DNA of 64,000 bases from a candidate division FCPU426 bacterium (GCA_963719085.1 CAVRAL010000001.1:1152001-1216000), one strand, 5' to 3'; positions 18,084 through 28,625 are shown, counted from the stretch's first letter. Translations and numbers: made by a program. The notes: generated from the sequence alone by a model not told the origin.

Positions 18084-20774
18084 TTATGCCCCATGGCATT
18101 TCTTATATTTTTTCCCCGAGCCGCAAGGGCAAGGGTCGTTGCGGCCAACCTTCGGCTCGTCGCGTTTGATGGGAATCACCTTCACGGCTTCACGCGGCTG
18201 GCTTTGGGGATTTTCCCAAGGTTGTCCGCCCATGGGGAATCCCTCGCCCGTGGGGGGCGCGTTTTGACCCATCAAGGCCGGCGCGGAGACCGCCTCAGCG
18301 GCCGGAGCCGCTCTCTGAATCGCGGCTTTCGGGTCGAAACTGGGGTGCTCTTCTTTTAATTTCTTCGGCGATGGGCCGGACGGAAAAAGGTTCTCGGCCG
18401 GATCGACCTTTTGCACCATAAAGATCAAGCGAATGGATTCTTCTTCCAGCCGGTCTTGGAGCTCATCGAACATGGCGAAGCCCTGGCGCTTGTACTCGAT
18501 CAAAGGATCCTTTTGGCCGTAGGCCTGCAGGCCGATCCCTTCCTTCAAGTGGTCCATCGCCAGCAAATGGTCCTTCCAAAGGTTGTCGACCACCTGCAGT
18601 AAAATCGCCCTCTCCAAAGTCCGCATCACTTCCGGCGTCAGGGCTTTTTCTTTTTCCTCATAAGCCAGGATGATTTCCCGCTTCAGGGCCTCATAAAGCG
18701 CTTCCCGGTCCATCAGGCGGAACTTATCCTCGTCCCAAGTCAGGTTGCCCCGGAAAATATCCTTGAACCATTTTTTCAGTCCCTCAAAGTCCCAGGTGGC
18801 CTGGTCTTTTTCGGGAGCGTAATTGCCCACGCCCATGACCGCCAAATCGTCCAAAACCTTCAACATGTGGGCGCGGATATCGCTTTCGCGCAAAACCCGG
18901 TTGCGCTGGCGGTAAATGACTTCCCGCTGTTTATTCATCACGTCGTCATACTCGATCAAGTGTTTGCGGATGTCGAAGTTATGGCCTTCCACGGCTTTTT
19001 GCGCCCGTTCAATGGCTTTAGAGACCCAAGGATGGGAGATGACTTCGCCTTCTTCCATGCCCAAGCTGGTCATCAGGTTCTTGAGTTTGTCGGAGCCGAA
19101 GATGCGCATCAGGTCGTCTTCCAAGGAAACATAAAAGCGCGAAAGCCCCGGATCCCCTTGGCGGCCCGAACGTCCACGGAGCTGATTGTCAATGCGGCGG
19201 CTTTCATGGCGTTCCGTGCCCAAAACCGCTAAGCCTCCAGTTTCCTTCATACCCGCGCCCAACACGATGTCGGTCCCGCGGCCCGCCATGTTGGTGGCGA
19301 TGGTGACGGCGCCCGGTTGGCCCGCCATGGAGATGATCTCGGCTTCCCGCTCGTGGTTTTTGGCGTTCAAGACCTCGTGCTTCACGCCACGCCGTTTTAA
19401 CAGCGCCGAAAGCATTTCGTTCTTCTCGATGGAAACCGTTCCCACGAGCACCGTTTGGTTTTTGGCATGGAGGGCCGCCACCTCATCGGCGATGGCCTCG
19501 AACTTTTCCCGCTCGGAGCGGTAAACCGCGTCGCCGTCGTCCTTGCGGATCATGTTCCGGTGGGTGGGGATGCCCACCACATCCAAATTATAAATCTTTT
19601 TAAATTCAGCCGCCTCCGTCTCGGCGGTGCCGGTCATACCGGACAGTTTTTTGTACATGCGGAAAAAATTCTGGAAAGTGATGGTGGCCAGGGTCTGGTT
19701 TTCGGCCTCGATCTTCACCCGCTCCTTGGCTTCCAAGGCCTGGTGCAGGCCGTCGGAATAACGGCGGCCCGGCATGAGCCGGCCCGTGAACTCGTCCACG
19801 ATCACTACTTCCCCGTCCTTCACGATATAGTCCACGTCCCGCTTGAAAATCGCGTGGGCCTTGAGGGCCTGCTGAACATGATGAACCAACTGGACGTTTT
19901 TATGGTCATAGAGGTTGTCGATCTTCAAAAGCTTTTCCACGTGGGCCACGCCCGCCTCGGTCAAAAAGGCGGAGCGGGTTTTTTCTTCCACGTCATAATC
20001 GGCGTCCTTGCCTTTTTTAAGGGTCGGGATAATGCGGTCGATGGTGTAATAAAGGTCGGTGGATTCCTCGCTGGGGCCCGAGATGATCAGCGGCGTCCTG
20101 GCCTCATCCACCAAGATGCTGTCCACTTCGTCCACGATGGCGTAATTGAGCTCGCGTTGGACCGTGTGCTCAATCATCGTGGCCATATTGTCCCGCAGAT
20201 AATCGAATCCCAACTCGTTGTTGGTGGCGTAAGTGATGTCGGCCGCGTAGGCCACTTGGCGCTCCAAATGGTTCAAGCCGTGCTTAATGACGCCGCAGGT
20301 GAGGCCCAGAAACTCATAAATGTTGGCCATCCCCTTGAAGGAACCCCGGCCCATGCTGTCGCGTTCGGCCAGGTAGTCGTTGACGGTCACCACATGGACG
20401 CCCTTGCCTTCCAGCGCGTTGAGATAAACCGGGAGCGTCGCCACGAGGGTTTTTCCCTCGCCGGTGCGCATTTCGGAGATGCGGCCCGAATGGAGGACCA
20501 TTCCGCCGATCAACTGAACGTCAAAGTGGCGCATCCCTAAGGTGCGTTTGGACGCCTCGCGGACCACCGCGAAAGCTTCCGGCAGCAGATCATCCAAGGT
20601 CTCACCCTTGGCTAAGCGTTCCTTGAATTCAGCGGTTTTGGCTTTGAGCTGGTCATCGCTCAAGGCCTGCATTTGGGGCTCCAGCGCGTTGATTTCGGCC
20701 ACCTTGGGCCAAAGCTTCTTTACTTCACGGTCGTTTTTGCTTCCAAAAACTTTAGTCAGAATGGTTTCGAACAT
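18084..20774 (-). CDS. secA: Preprotein translocase ATPase SecA
   Basis: [41 protein letters not shown] and C-terminal SEC-C ([19 protein letters not shown]). Confidence 0.99.
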   Translation of the reverse strand: MFETILTKVFGSKNDREVKKLWPKVAEINALEPQMQALSDDQLKAKTAEFKERLAKGETLDDLLPEAFAVVREASKRTLGMRHFDVQLIGGMVLHSGRISEMRTGEGKTLVATLPVYLNALEGKGVHVVTVNDYLAERDSMGRGSFKGMANIYEFLGLTCGVIKHGLNHLERQVAYAADITYATNNELGFDYLRDNMATMIEHTVQRELNYAIVDEVDSILVDEARTPLIISGPSEESTDLYYTIDRIIPTLKKGKDADYDVEEKTRSAFLTEAGVAHVEKLLKIDNLYDHKNVQLVHHVQQALKAHAIFKRDVDYIVKDGEVVIVDEFTGRLMPGRRYSDGLHQALEAKERVKIEAENQTLATITFQNFFRMYKKLSGMTGTAETEAAEFKKIYNLDVVGIPTHRNMIRKDDGDAVYRSEREKFEAIADEVAALHAKNQTVLVGTVSIEKNEMLSALLKRRGVKHEVLNAKNHEREAEIISMAGQPGAVTIATNMAGRGTDIVLGAGMKETGGLAVLGTERHESRRIDNQLRGRSGRQGDPGLSRFYVSLEDDLMRIFGSDKLKNLMTSLGMEEGEVISHPWVSKAIERAQKAVEGHNFDIRKHLIEYDDVMNKQREVIYRQRNRVLRESDIRAHMLKVLDDLAVMGVGNYAPEKDQATWDFEGLKKWFKDIFRGNLTWDEDKFRLMDREALYEALKREIILAYEEKEKALTPEVMRTLERAILLQVVDNLWKDHLLAMDHLKEGIGLQAYGQKDPLIEYKRQGFAMFDELQDRLEEESIRLIFMVQKVDPAENLFPSGPSPKKLKEEHPSFDPKAAIQRAAPAAEAVSAPALMGQNAPPTGEGFPMGGQPWENPQSQPREAVKVIPIKRDEPKVGRNDPCPCGSGKKYKKCHGA

Positions 20775-20809
20775 AGTTCCTCGTTGTAGGGTTTGCGAAA
20801 AGAGGCCTA

Positions 20810-20838
20810 AGTATAGGGATTTCGCAAGGGCGGTTCAA
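20810..20838 (-). promoter_or_regulatory. Sigma70-type promoter of secA
   Basis: TTGAAC-17 bp-TATACT on the minus strand. Confidence 0.6.
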
Positions 20839-20865
20839 GGCAATCCCCGGCCCAAAAAGGCAATT

Positions 20866-21007
20866 AACAATGATTAACGCCGATGAACGCAGATACTTTT
20901 AAAACCAAATTCTTATATTTTCACCCATCAGCGTTTATCCGCGTCCATCATTGTTCAATGGGTGTCGACGCTTTCAGAATCTGCGTTTATCTGCGTTCAT
21001 CATTGTA
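20866..21007. repeat. Palindromic intergenic element, family B copy 1 (three arms)
   Basis: AACAATGATTAACGCCGATGAACGCAGAT / ATCAGCGTTTATCCGCGTCCATCATTGTT, plus a second right arm at 20979-21006. Confidence 0.85.
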
Positions 21008-21024
21008 ACAATAGCCTTTGCTGT

Positions 21025-21789
21025 TCAATGTGTCGGCGTGGGCGTGAAGGCGGCCTCCTCAAAAGGCAGGAGCGCGGCTTGGGCTGACTCAAATTGATCT
21101 GGGGTAATCTTATCGGCGATCATCATGCGTTCCAGGATCGAATCCATGACCCGCTGATCCCGGACCGAGACCTGTCCTTTTTTAAAGGACCGGCTGTACC
21201 GAATGGGGCTGGGTAAAAGCGCGGCCAGATAAACCCCCTCATCCAGCGTCAAATCCCGGGCGTGGGCCCGGAAGTAGTATTGTGAAGCCTCTTCAATTCC
21301 GTAAAGCTTGTCGCCCCATTGGGCCGTATTCAGATAAATTTCCAAGATCCGATCCTTGGTCAAAACCTTTTCGGCGGCCTGCGCCAGGATCAGTTCCTCT
21401 ATTTTACGGCTGATGGTTTTACGGCGGGTCAGAAGGGTGTTTTTCATGACTTGTTGGGTGATGGTGCTGGCGCCCCGCTTAAAGCGAAAGCTTTTCAGAT
21501 CATCCTTCAGGGCGTCCCACATGGAATTCAACTCGAAACCCCGGTTGGCGTAAAAGTCGTCGTCCTCACTGGTCAAGATGGCCGTCACCGCCATGGGGGA
21601 CACTTGGTCCAGCGGAACCCAAAGGGGCAATTTCAACTTCGCTTCTAAATAATCATCCGATTCTAGTTTGGGGATCTCCGGAATGAGCTTTTTCGCCCGC
21701 TCGACCGCCAACCCGACGATGAGCAGACCCATAAAAACAACCAGGGCACCGGCCCCGATCCCGATCCATCGCTTGTCCTTCCTCGCCAT
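21025..21789 (-). CDS. mtgA: Monofunctional peptidoglycan transglycosylase (GT51)
   Basis: SEDDDFY, RGASTITQQ, RKIEE, KDRILEIYLN. N-terminal TM helix and no transpeptidase domain. Confidence 0.85.
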   Translation of the reverse strand: MARKDKRWIGIGAGALVVFMGLLIVGLAVERAKKLIPEIPKLESDDYLEAKLKLPLWVPLDQVSPMAVTAILTSEDDDFYANRGFELNSMWDALKDDLKSFRFKRGASTITQQVMKNTLLTRRKTISRKIEELILAQAAEKVLTKDRILEIYLNTAQWGDKLYGIEEASQYYFRAHARDLTLDEGVYLAALLPSPIRYSRSFKKGQVSVRDQRVMDSILERMMIADKITPDQFESAQAALLPFEEAAFTPTPTH

Positions 21790-21792
21790 TCT

Positions 21793-22368
21793 TCACTGCC
21801 CCGCTGGAGTGGAAACCGCCGCCGGCAAGGGAGTCATTTGACTTTGAAGTTGGGCGATATGGGCCTGGGTGTCTTGAATATCCTGGGTTTCCTCGGCGGC
21901 GCTTAACAGCTGCTGCTGGGCGTTCAGCCGGTATTGAGCCTGCTGCCAAAGATCGTAAGCCAATTTTCTTTTCTCCACCGCCAGCTCAAATTCCAGCTGA
22001 GCCTCATCTTTATGCTGGGCCATCTTCTTTTTCCAATCCTTCTTGGCCGCCGCCCAACGCTTATAAGCCCTTTGGGCGCGCTGGCTATAGAGGGTGGATT
22101 CCAATCGGCTTCGATCCCAGGCGTCTTTTAGTTTTTGGACTTCGTCCTGGGCTTTTTGGACCTGATCCGCGGCCTGGGTAAGCTTGGTATCCGGCGCGGC
22201 CACAGGCGTCTGCGCAAAAACGACATCCCCGCCAACAAAAACGACGCACGCCAAGACGCCAAGACGCAAAGTTTTTAAAAAAAAGTTTTTGTTTTTTTTA
22301 TGCAACAAAAGATTTAGCCGTTCTTGGCGTCTTAGCGTCTTTGCGTGAGCAGTTTGTTTTGGTTTCAT
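21793..22368 (-). CDS. Exported coiled-coil hypothetical protein whose N-terminus is encoded by a family A repeat
   Basis: ATG overlaps the ligA stop (ATGA). Signal-like segment ending VFA|Q. Q/A/K/E-rich helical body. Confidence 0.7.
   Translation of the reverse strand: MKPKQTAHAKTLRRQERLNLLLHKKNKNFFLKTLRLGVLACVVFVGGDVVFAQTPVAAPDTKLTQAADQVQKAQDEVQKLKDAWDRSRLESTLYSQRAQRAYKRWAAAKKDWKKKMAQHKDEAQLEFELAVEKRKLAYDLWQQAQYRLNAQQQLLSAAEETQDIQDTQAHIAQLQSQMTPLPAAVSTPAGQ
22246..22350. repeat. Palindromic element, family A copy 3 (inside CDS)
   Basis: GCACGCCAAGACGCCAAGACGCAAAG / CTTGGCGTCTTAGCGTCTTTGCGTGAGC. Confidence 0.85.
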
Positions 22369-24389
22369 TTTTTGTATTTCTTTACCATTTTTTCGAATTC
22401 GTCCTCGTTCAACACTTCCACGCCCAGTTCCTTGGCCTTTTTCAATTTCGACCCCGCCGCCTCACCGGCCACCACATAAGTCGTCAGCTTCGAAACCGAT
22501 CCCGCCGCTTTGGCCCCCAGCTTTTTCACCAAATCCTCGGCTTCTTTACGGCCATAAGTTTTAAGCTCCCCGGTAAACACGAAGGTCTTGCCCTCAAAGG
22601 GTTGCTCGCCCGAAGGCTCTTCCGCTTTGAGGCGTTTAAGGTTCACGCCGTTCTTCTCGAGTTTTTTAAGGATTTTGACGTTGGCCGGGTTGGCGAAAAA
22701 AGAAACGATCGAATGCGCCACCACGGGCCCGATGCCATCAATCGCGGTCAGGGTTTCCTCGTCGGTCTCACCGACTTCCCAAAGATTTTTGTGTTTCGCG
22801 GCCAATATCTCGGCCACATGCACGCCCACATGGCGGATCCCCAAGCCAAACAATAAACGCCCCAGCGTCCGGCGCCGGCTTTCGTCGATCTGGACGATCA
22901 AGTTCTGGGCCGATTTTTCCGCCTTGCGTTCCAAATCCGCCACGTCTTTTTCGGTTAAGGCGTAAAGGTCGGCGTAGTCTTTTATCAATTTTTCCGCCAA
23001 AAGCTGTTTCACCACCGCCGGGCCCGCGCCTCGGATATCCAAGGCGTCCCGGCCGCAAAAATGCTCGATCCGGCGTTCCACTTGGGCCTCGCAGGCCGCG
23101 TTTTCACAACGCCAAGCCGCCTCGTCTTCTTCCCGCTCAAGCTTGGAGCCGCAAACCGGGCAAGTCGAGGGCATTTTAAAAGGCTTCTCGTTACCTTTTC
23201 TTTTCTCCGGAAAAGATTTCAAAACCTTCGGAATGACCAAGCCGCCCTTTTCCACCAGCACCCGGTCGCCGACCCGGAGGTCTTTGCGCTTGATCTCATC
23301 CTCGTTATGGAGGGTCGCCCGGGAAACCGTGGTGCCTTCCAGCGAAACCGGCTCCAGCTCCGCCACGGGCGTGATGGCCCCCGTGCGCCCGACTTGAAGG
23401 GTGATGGCCTTGAGCGTCGTCTCGGCCTTTTGGGCGGCGAACTTAAAGGCGATGGCCCAGCGGGGAATTTTGGTGGTCTCGCCCAGCTTTTCGCGCTGGT
23501 CAAAACGGTTGATCTTGAGGACGACGCCGTCGCAGTCAAACCCGATCTTGTCCCGTTTGGCTTGGGTTTCCTCGCAATACGCATGCACCTCGTCGATGGT
23601 TTTACAGAGGCGGAAATGCTTGTCCTCAGGAAAACCCATTTTGCCCAGCCATTCCAGACTTTCTTTTTGGGTGGTGAAAGGCAGTTTTCCCGGGGACAAA
23701 ACGTAGTAAAGAAGAATATGCAGGGGCTTTTTGGCGGATTCTTTGGGATCGATCGTCTTCAAAGTTCCGGAAGCCGTATTGCGGGGATTGGCGAAAAGCT
23801 CCAAACCCATTTCTTCCCGGGCCGCGTTGACCGCTTCGAAATCCTTACGGGTGAAAAAAACCTCACCCCGGATTTCCACCCGGTCCGGAATCCCAGCGCC
23901 CTTGAGCTTGGCCGGGAGCCCCGGAATATTGCCGACGTTCTCCAAAACGTCATCACCCTTTTCCCCGTCACCCCGGGTCAAGGCCTGGACCAGAACCCCT
24001 TTTTCATAAATGAGCTCGATGCTGACGCCGTCGATCTTCAGTTCGCAGACATACTCGTGTTTTTCACCCTCCAGGCCCTTGGCGACCCTCTCATCAAATT
24101 CCTTCAGCTCTTCCAACGAATAGGTGTTGTCCAGCGAAAGCATGGGCACCCGATGGGGCCGGGTCTTGAAATGCTTGTTCGTGCTTCCCCCGATTTTTTG
24201 GGTGGGCGAATCGGCGCTTTTAAATTCAGGGTAGGTTTCTTCCAGGTCCTTGAGTTCTTTGAGCAGCTTGTCGAACTCAAAGTCGGAAATTTCGGGCTTG
24301 GCCTGGTCGTAATAAAGCTGGTTATGGCGCTCGATCTCAGCGCGCAGGTCTTGGATCTTTTTTTTAATTTGCTTGGGGGAAAGGAACAT
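22365..24389 (-). CDS. ligA: NAD-dependent DNA ligase
   Basis: ELKIDG adenylation motif, PRWAIAFKF, zinc finger, HhH and BRCT domains. Confidence 0.99.
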   Translation of the reverse strand: MFLSPKQIKKKIQDLRAEIERHNQLYYDQAKPEISDFEFDKLLKELKDLEETYPEFKSADSPTQKIGGSTNKHFKTRPHRVPMLSLDNTYSLEELKEFDERVAKGLEGEKHEYVCELKIDGVSIELIYEKGVLVQALTRGDGEKGDDVLENVGNIPGLPAKLKGAGIPDRVEIRGEVFFTRKDFEAVNAAREEMGLELFANPRNTASGTLKTIDPKESAKKPLHILLYYVLSPGKLPFTTQKESLEWLGKMGFPEDKHFRLCKTIDEVHAYCEETQAKRDKIGFDCDGVVLKINRFDQREKLGETTKIPRWAIAFKFAAQKAETTLKAITLQVGRTGAITPVAELEPVSLEGTTVSRATLHNEDEIKRKDLRVGDRVLVEKGGLVIPKVLKSFPEKRKGNEKPFKMPSTCPVCGSKLEREEDEAAWRCENAACEAQVERRIEHFCGRDALDIRGAGPAVVKQLLAEKLIKDYADLYALTEKDVADLERKAEKSAQNLIVQIDESRRRTLGRLLFGLGIRHVGVHVAEILAAKHKNLWEVGETDEETLTAIDGIGPVVAHSIVSFFANPANVKILKKLEKNGVNLKRLKAEEPSGEQPFEGKTFVFTGELKTYGRKEAEDLVKKLGAKAAGSVSKLTTYVVAGEAAGSKLKKAKELGVEVLNEDEFEKMVKKYKK

Positions 24390-25120
24390 TATTTACCTGT
24401 CTTGAGCCGTTGAGCGAGGTAATCGGGCAGTCCGGCGTCGAGAGTCTTTTTCATCGTGGCCTCAAAATCATAATCCAACCGGCGGATCGATAGCTTGGAA
24501 GCGTCCGTATCATAAATCACAAAAGACGTCCGTGGATTCCCGTCCCGCGGCTGGCCCACACTGCCCACATTCACCAGGTAACGACAATGGGGCTTCAAGA
24601 CGTAATCGGCTTCCGGAAGAATCCAAATGGCTCCGCTGGGTTCCCTTTCGGCGATGAAGGGCTTATGCACATGGCCAAAGAAGCAGATTTTCCCCGGGAA
24701 GTGGCGGAAGTTTCTTTCCAAATCCTCGGGCTGGGTGAGGTAGTGCCATTCTTCCGGCTCATGGGGCGAGGAATGCACCAAATCGATGTCGCCGATTTCT
24801 TCCCGCATCCTCAAAGAACTTAAAAAAGCGTAATGCCTGGGGGCGAGTCGTTCCCGGGTCCAGAGGATCGCTTGGGCGGCCGGCTCGTTGAAACGGCTTA
24901 AGGGCGTTTGGCCCAGGCAGGCCGCGTCGTGATTGCCCATCAAAATTTTCCAACAGTTCATCGAGTGGATGAGGTCCAACACTTCCACCGGATTGGCGTA
25001 ATAGCCCACCAGGTCGCCCAGGCAAAGGGATTGCCCGACGCCTTCTTTTTTAAAAGCGTTCGCCACCACCGTCATGGCTTCCAGGTTGCTATGGACATCG
25101 GAAAATAGGCCGTATCGCAT
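24389..25120 (-). CDS. Metallophosphoesterase (calcineurin-like, YfcE/MJ0912 type)
   Basis: SDVHSN, GDLVGY, GNHD, GHVH, NVGSVGQPRDG. Confidence 0.92.
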   Translation of the reverse strand: MRYGLFSDVHSNLEAMTVVANAFKKEGVGQSLCLGDLVGYYANPVEVLDLIHSMNCWKILMGNHDAACLGQTPLSRFNEPAAQAILWTRERLAPRHYAFLSSLRMREEIGDIDLVHSSPHEPEEWHYLTQPEDLERNFRHFPGKICFFGHVHKPFIAEREPSGAIWILPEADYVLKPHCRYLVNVGSVGQPRDGNPRTSFVIYDTDASKLSIRRLDYDFEATMKKTLDAGLPDYLAQRLKTGK

Positions 25121-25237
25121 GGGGCATTCTACCTAAGGGCCTAAGAGACTAGAAGCTGTTTCAAAACCCAAAAACAGGACCATTTTCGCCGCACACGCCC
25201 AAGGGCGGCCCCATTACCGAACCATCAATGTCGGGGC

Positions 25238-25328
25238 AGACGCCAAGTCACCAAGAAAATAAAAACTATTACGGTAAATTCTTAGAAGACAAACGCCTTC
25301 CTTGGAGTCTTGGTGCCTTGGTGGTGAA
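25238..25328. repeat. Palindromic element, family A variant copy 4 (left arm truncated)
   Basis: AGACGCCAAGTCACCAAG / CTTGGAGTCTTGGTGCCTTGGTGGTGAA. Confidence 0.7.
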
Positions 25329-25370
25329 GAAGGTTTTGAACCTCTTTTGCCGACCTCGTAAAAAGCGTTT

Positions 25371-25721
25371 TTACCGGACTTTTTTTTGCAAAAGATAGCT
25401 GAGGATTTTGAGGCGGTTTTCCTGCTGGTCATTGTAAGCCGAGAAGCTTTTAAAGGCCGCGAACTCGGGACAGGCCGGGTTCAACCGAAAGGCCAATTCC
25501 CCATCCACCCTCTTCTGGCCGGACAAAAGCTTCATTTCCGCTAATTTTTTCAGGGGAACCACCACTTCTTTTTCCGTACGGCCCAAAATCTGGGAAATCT
25601 GCTGAAGGCTGACCGGCTCATCGCCTTTTTTGGCAAAGAAGATCAACAAGTCCCAAGTGATGAAGGCATCAATGAACTCGTCGATAAACTTCAATATTTC
25701 CGCCGGCATATCAATCGTCAC
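25371..25721 (-). CDS. Hypothetical protein, probable winged-helix fold
   Basis: 116 aa with GGAG RBS. SLQQISQILGRTEKEV...LKKLAEMKLL pattern. Confidence 0.7.
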   Translation of the reverse strand: MTIDMPAEILKFIDEFIDAFITWDLLIFFAKKGDEPVSLQQISQILGRTEKEVVVPLKKLAEMKLLSGQKRVDGELAFRLNPACPEFAAFKSFSAYNDQQENRLKILSYLLQKKVR

Positions 25722-25812
25722 AACTTACTCCATAAGTTCCACAACCGATAGCGCCCCGGGAGGGCTGGTTAATCTTCATGATTCAAGCGGCATCCAGCGA
25801 CGCTGGATTTAA

Positions 25813-26214
25813 TTAATTTTTCCGCTCGAGTTTATCCAGGATACCATTCACAAACTTGCTGGAATCGTCCGTGCTGAAGCGCTTCACGATCTCGATGGCC
25901 TCATTGATCGCCACCGACCTTGGCACTTCCGCATCATAAAGTATTTCAAAGGTGGCGAGGCGAAGAATGTTCCGGTCCACCGCCGCCATCCGGGCCAAAT
26001 CCCAATTTTCGGCCAAAGCCCGCAATTGGCGGTCAATATCGGCCAATTTATCCCAAGTATTGCGGGTCATTTGAAGTGCCAAAATTTTGGCACCTTCCGG
26101 GGCGCTGGCTTGGGGCAGAAAATTTTCCTCTAAATCCTTTAACCGAACCGTGCCCAAATCCATTTGAAACAGCATTTGGAGCGCCAATTCCCGAGCCCGT
26201 CGTTTCAGTCCCAT
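25813..26214 (-). CDS. nusB: Transcription antitermination factor NusB
   Basis: RRARELALQMLF, DRNILRL, VAINEAIEIVK, FVNGILD. Lies after ribH. Confidence 0.96.
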   Translation of the reverse strand: MGLKRRARELALQMLFQMDLGTVRLKDLEENFLPQASAPEGAKILALQMTRNTWDKLADIDRQLRALAENWDLARMAAVDRNILRLATFEILYDAEVPRSVAINEAIEIVKRFSTDDSSKFVNGILDKLERKN

Positions 26215-26283
26215 GCCCAACCTTTTCACGAATTTCCAACCAAAGGCCCACCAAGCTACACAAAAGGGGGGCCAAACTCAAAG

Positions 26284-26754
26284 TTATTTTATTTGTTCCA
26301 GGGCCGATAACGTTTCAAGAAGGTGCAGGGCCGCCTCGGCGCCCTTGTTATTTGTGGATTCGCCCGCCCGGGCCAAGGCCTGGTCCAGGTTTTCAGTGGT
26401 CAGGACGCCGAACGAAACCGGGCAACCCGTCGCTTCCGTCAACCGGGTCAGGGACGCCGAAACTTCCCGCGCGATATATTCGTGATGGGTGGTTTCCCCT
26501 TGGATAACCGTGCCCAGCGCGATGGCCGCGTCAAAGCGGCCCGTCTTAAGCAGTTTGGCGGCCGCCACCGGAAGTTCCCAAGCGCCCGGCACCCAAACAA
26601 TTTCAATATCCTTTTCCAATGTCCCGTGAAAGGTAAGCGTCTCCACAGCCCCGGCCACCAACCGGCGGCCGATCAAATCATTGAAACGGCTGGCCACGAT
26701 TGCCACCCGGCGTCCCTTCCCTTCGGTTTTGCCCTCAATTGTTTTAGGCGGCAT
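26284..26754 (-). CDS. ribH: 6,7-dimethyl-8-ribityllumazine synthase
   Basis: SRFN, VPGAWELP, GTVIQGETTH, FGVLTT, NKGAEAA. Confidence 0.97.
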   Translation of the reverse strand: MPPKTIEGKTEGKGRRVAIVASRFNDLIGRRLVAGAVETLTFHGTLEKDIEIVWVPGAWELPVAAAKLLKTGRFDAAIALGTVIQGETTHHEYIAREVSASLTRLTEATGCPVSFGVLTTENLDQALARAGESTNNKGAEAALHLLETLSALEQIK

Positions 26755-26760
26755 GGTTTC

Positions 26761-27978
26761 TCATTTTGTCGGCGGCTCCTGGGTTAATTTCAAAACATGT
26801 CCCATCTTTACCCGCTTGGTATCCAAGTACTTGGCGTTCACCGCGTTGGGCGCGATCTCAATGGGCACCTGCTCAACGACTTTCAAACCATAGCCTTCCA
26901 GACCGACGATCTTTTTGGGATTGTTTGTCAAAAGCCTTAGTTCTTTTACGCCCAAGTCGACCAGAATCTGGGCGCCGATCCCATAATCCCGAAGGTCGGC
27001 GCCGAAACCCAATTTCTCGTTGGCTTCCACGGTGTCATAACCCTGGTCTTGAAGCTGATAGGCTTTCAATTTATTGAGCAGGCCGATTCCACGGCCTTCC
27101 TGGCGCATATAGAGAATCAGCCCGTTGCCTTCCCTCTGGATTTGACGCATGGCGGTGTGAAGTTGTTCCCCACAATCGCATCTCCGGGAGCCAAAAACGT
27201 CGCCCGTGAGGCATTCGGAATGGACCCTGACCAATACCGGCCCGGGACCGATCTCGCCCTTCAACAAGGCCAAACTATCGTCATCCTCGGTTTCGGTCCG
27301 GTAAAGGATGACTTTCCACTCACCCGTGTCGGTTTGAAGGTTGAGTTCCAGCGCGCGTTTAACCAGCTTGTCATGCTGCCGGCGATAGTGGATGAGCTCG
27401 GCGATGGTGATGATTTGAAGCGAGTGTTTTTTGGCGAAAATCTCAAGATCCGGCACACGGGCCATGCTTCCATCGTCCTTCAAAATTTCGCAGATGACGC
27501 CCGCGGGTTTGAGCCCCGCCAAGACGGCCAAGTCCACCGTAGCTTCGGTATGGCCCGCGCGGCGCAGGACGCCGCCGGAGCGGTACTTCAGCGGGAAAAT
27601 ATGCCCCGGCTTCACCAAATCAGAAGGCCCGGACTTCGGATCCACCATCATTTGAATCGTGCGCGCCCGGTCTTGCGCCGAGATGCCCGTGGTCACCCCG
27701 GTCTTGGCGTCCACCGAAACCGCGAAGGCGGTGCGGAACTGGTCTTGCTGCTCGGTGACCATCAGCGAAAGTCCCAGCCGGTCCAGGTCCGCGCCCAGCA
27801 TGGGCACGCAAATGAGCCCCCGGCCTTCCTTGGCCATAAAGTTGACGGATTCGGGCGTGGCCTTTTCAGCGGCCATGACTAAGTCGCCCTCGTTCTCGCG
27901 GTTCTCGTCATCGACCACCACCACCATCTTGCCTTGGCGGATATCGTCGATCGCTTTTTGTACCCGGTCAAATTCCAT
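26761..27978 (-). CDS. ribBA: Bifunctional DHBP synthase / GTP cyclohydrolase II
   Basis: [42 protein letters not shown]. Confidence 0.97.
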   Translation of the reverse strand: MEFDRVQKAIDDIRQGKMVVVVDDENRENEGDLVMAAEKATPESVNFMAKEGRGLICVPMLGADLDRLGLSLMVTEQQDQFRTAFAVSVDAKTGVTTGISAQDRARTIQMMVDPKSGPSDLVKPGHIFPLKYRSGGVLRRAGHTEATVDLAVLAGLKPAGVICEILKDDGSMARVPDLEIFAKKHSLQIITIAELIHYRRQHDKLVKRALELNLQTDTGEWKVILYRTETEDDDSLALLKGEIGPGPVLVRVHSECLTGDVFGSRRCDCGEQLHTAMRQIQREGNGLILYMRQEGRGIGLLNKLKAYQLQDQGYDTVEANEKLGFGADLRDYGIGAQILVDLGVKELRLLTNNPKKIVGLEGYGLKVVEQVPIEIAPNAVNAKYLDTKRVKMGHVLKLTQEPPTK

Positions 27979-28002
27979 GTTTATTCCGTCCCTTAAAACC
28001 TA

Positions 28003-28108
28003 TTTCACCGCCAAGACGCCAAGTTCGCCGAGAAAATCATTTTCAATCCTAAAAAACTCAACATTTTGCCTCGCCTCACTTGGCGAACTTGGCGTCTTGG
28101 CGGTGAAA
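28003..28108. repeat. Palindromic element, family A variant copy 5
   Basis: Near-perfect 30-bp inverted repeat TTTCACCGCCAAGACGCCAAGTTCGCC.AG / CTTGGCGAACTTGGCGTCTTGGCGGTGAAA. Confidence 0.85.
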
Positions 28109-28192
28109 AAATTTACGCTTTCTCTGATAAGTCCCCGAACCCTTCGGGATTCGGGGATAAGTAAATCATCCATTACTTTTTCGTGGATTGAT

Positions 28193-28624
28193 TTACAAAT
28201 AAAAATCCATCAAAAGGCCCCGGACTTCATTGAGGGCGGCCACGACTTTCATGGGTGATTGCTGGCCGGCCACCAAAAGCTGGGCCAAGTTTTCCAGGGC
28301 CTCATCCACCTTTTCCACCGTCAGGTAGACCACGAATTTCCCGTCTTTCTTCTGAGACTGTTTTTCCTCAACCTTAAAGGAACTTTGAACGGCTTTTTTG
28401 ACGAACTTTTTAACCGAGTCTTTATAGTCCTCGAAATCCTTATGACCCTTGGACGAAAGCAGCTTTTTACCCTTTTCCTCAATCTCAACAATAAGGGACA
28501 TCATCTGGCTTCTCAAGGCCGGGTCCGAGACTTTTGAGATACGATCATTCAGGGCCGGCGAAAAAAGGGCTTTCAGGGGGTCGGTTTTTAAAGGATCGTT
28601 GTCCCCCAGTTTTTCGATCTTCAT
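28193..28624 (-). CDS. YaaR (DUF327) family protein
   Basis: IEEKGKKL...YKDSVKKFVK...VEKVDEALENL...LNEVRGLLMDFYL resembles DUF327. Confidence 0.75.
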   Translation of the reverse strand: MKIEKLGDNDPLKTDPLKALFSPALNDRISKVSDPALRSQMMSLIVEIEEKGKKLLSSKGHKDFEDYKDSVKKFVKKAVQSSFKVEEKQSQKKDGKFVVYLTVEKVDEALENLAQLLVAGQQSPMKVVAALNEVRGLLMDFYL

Positions 28625-28625
28625 C

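Noticed and set aside
16326..24413. Long antisense ORFs (e.g. 16326-17321, 19455-20540, 23061-24413)
   Set aside because: Shadow frames opposite well-conserved genes in GC-rich sequence.
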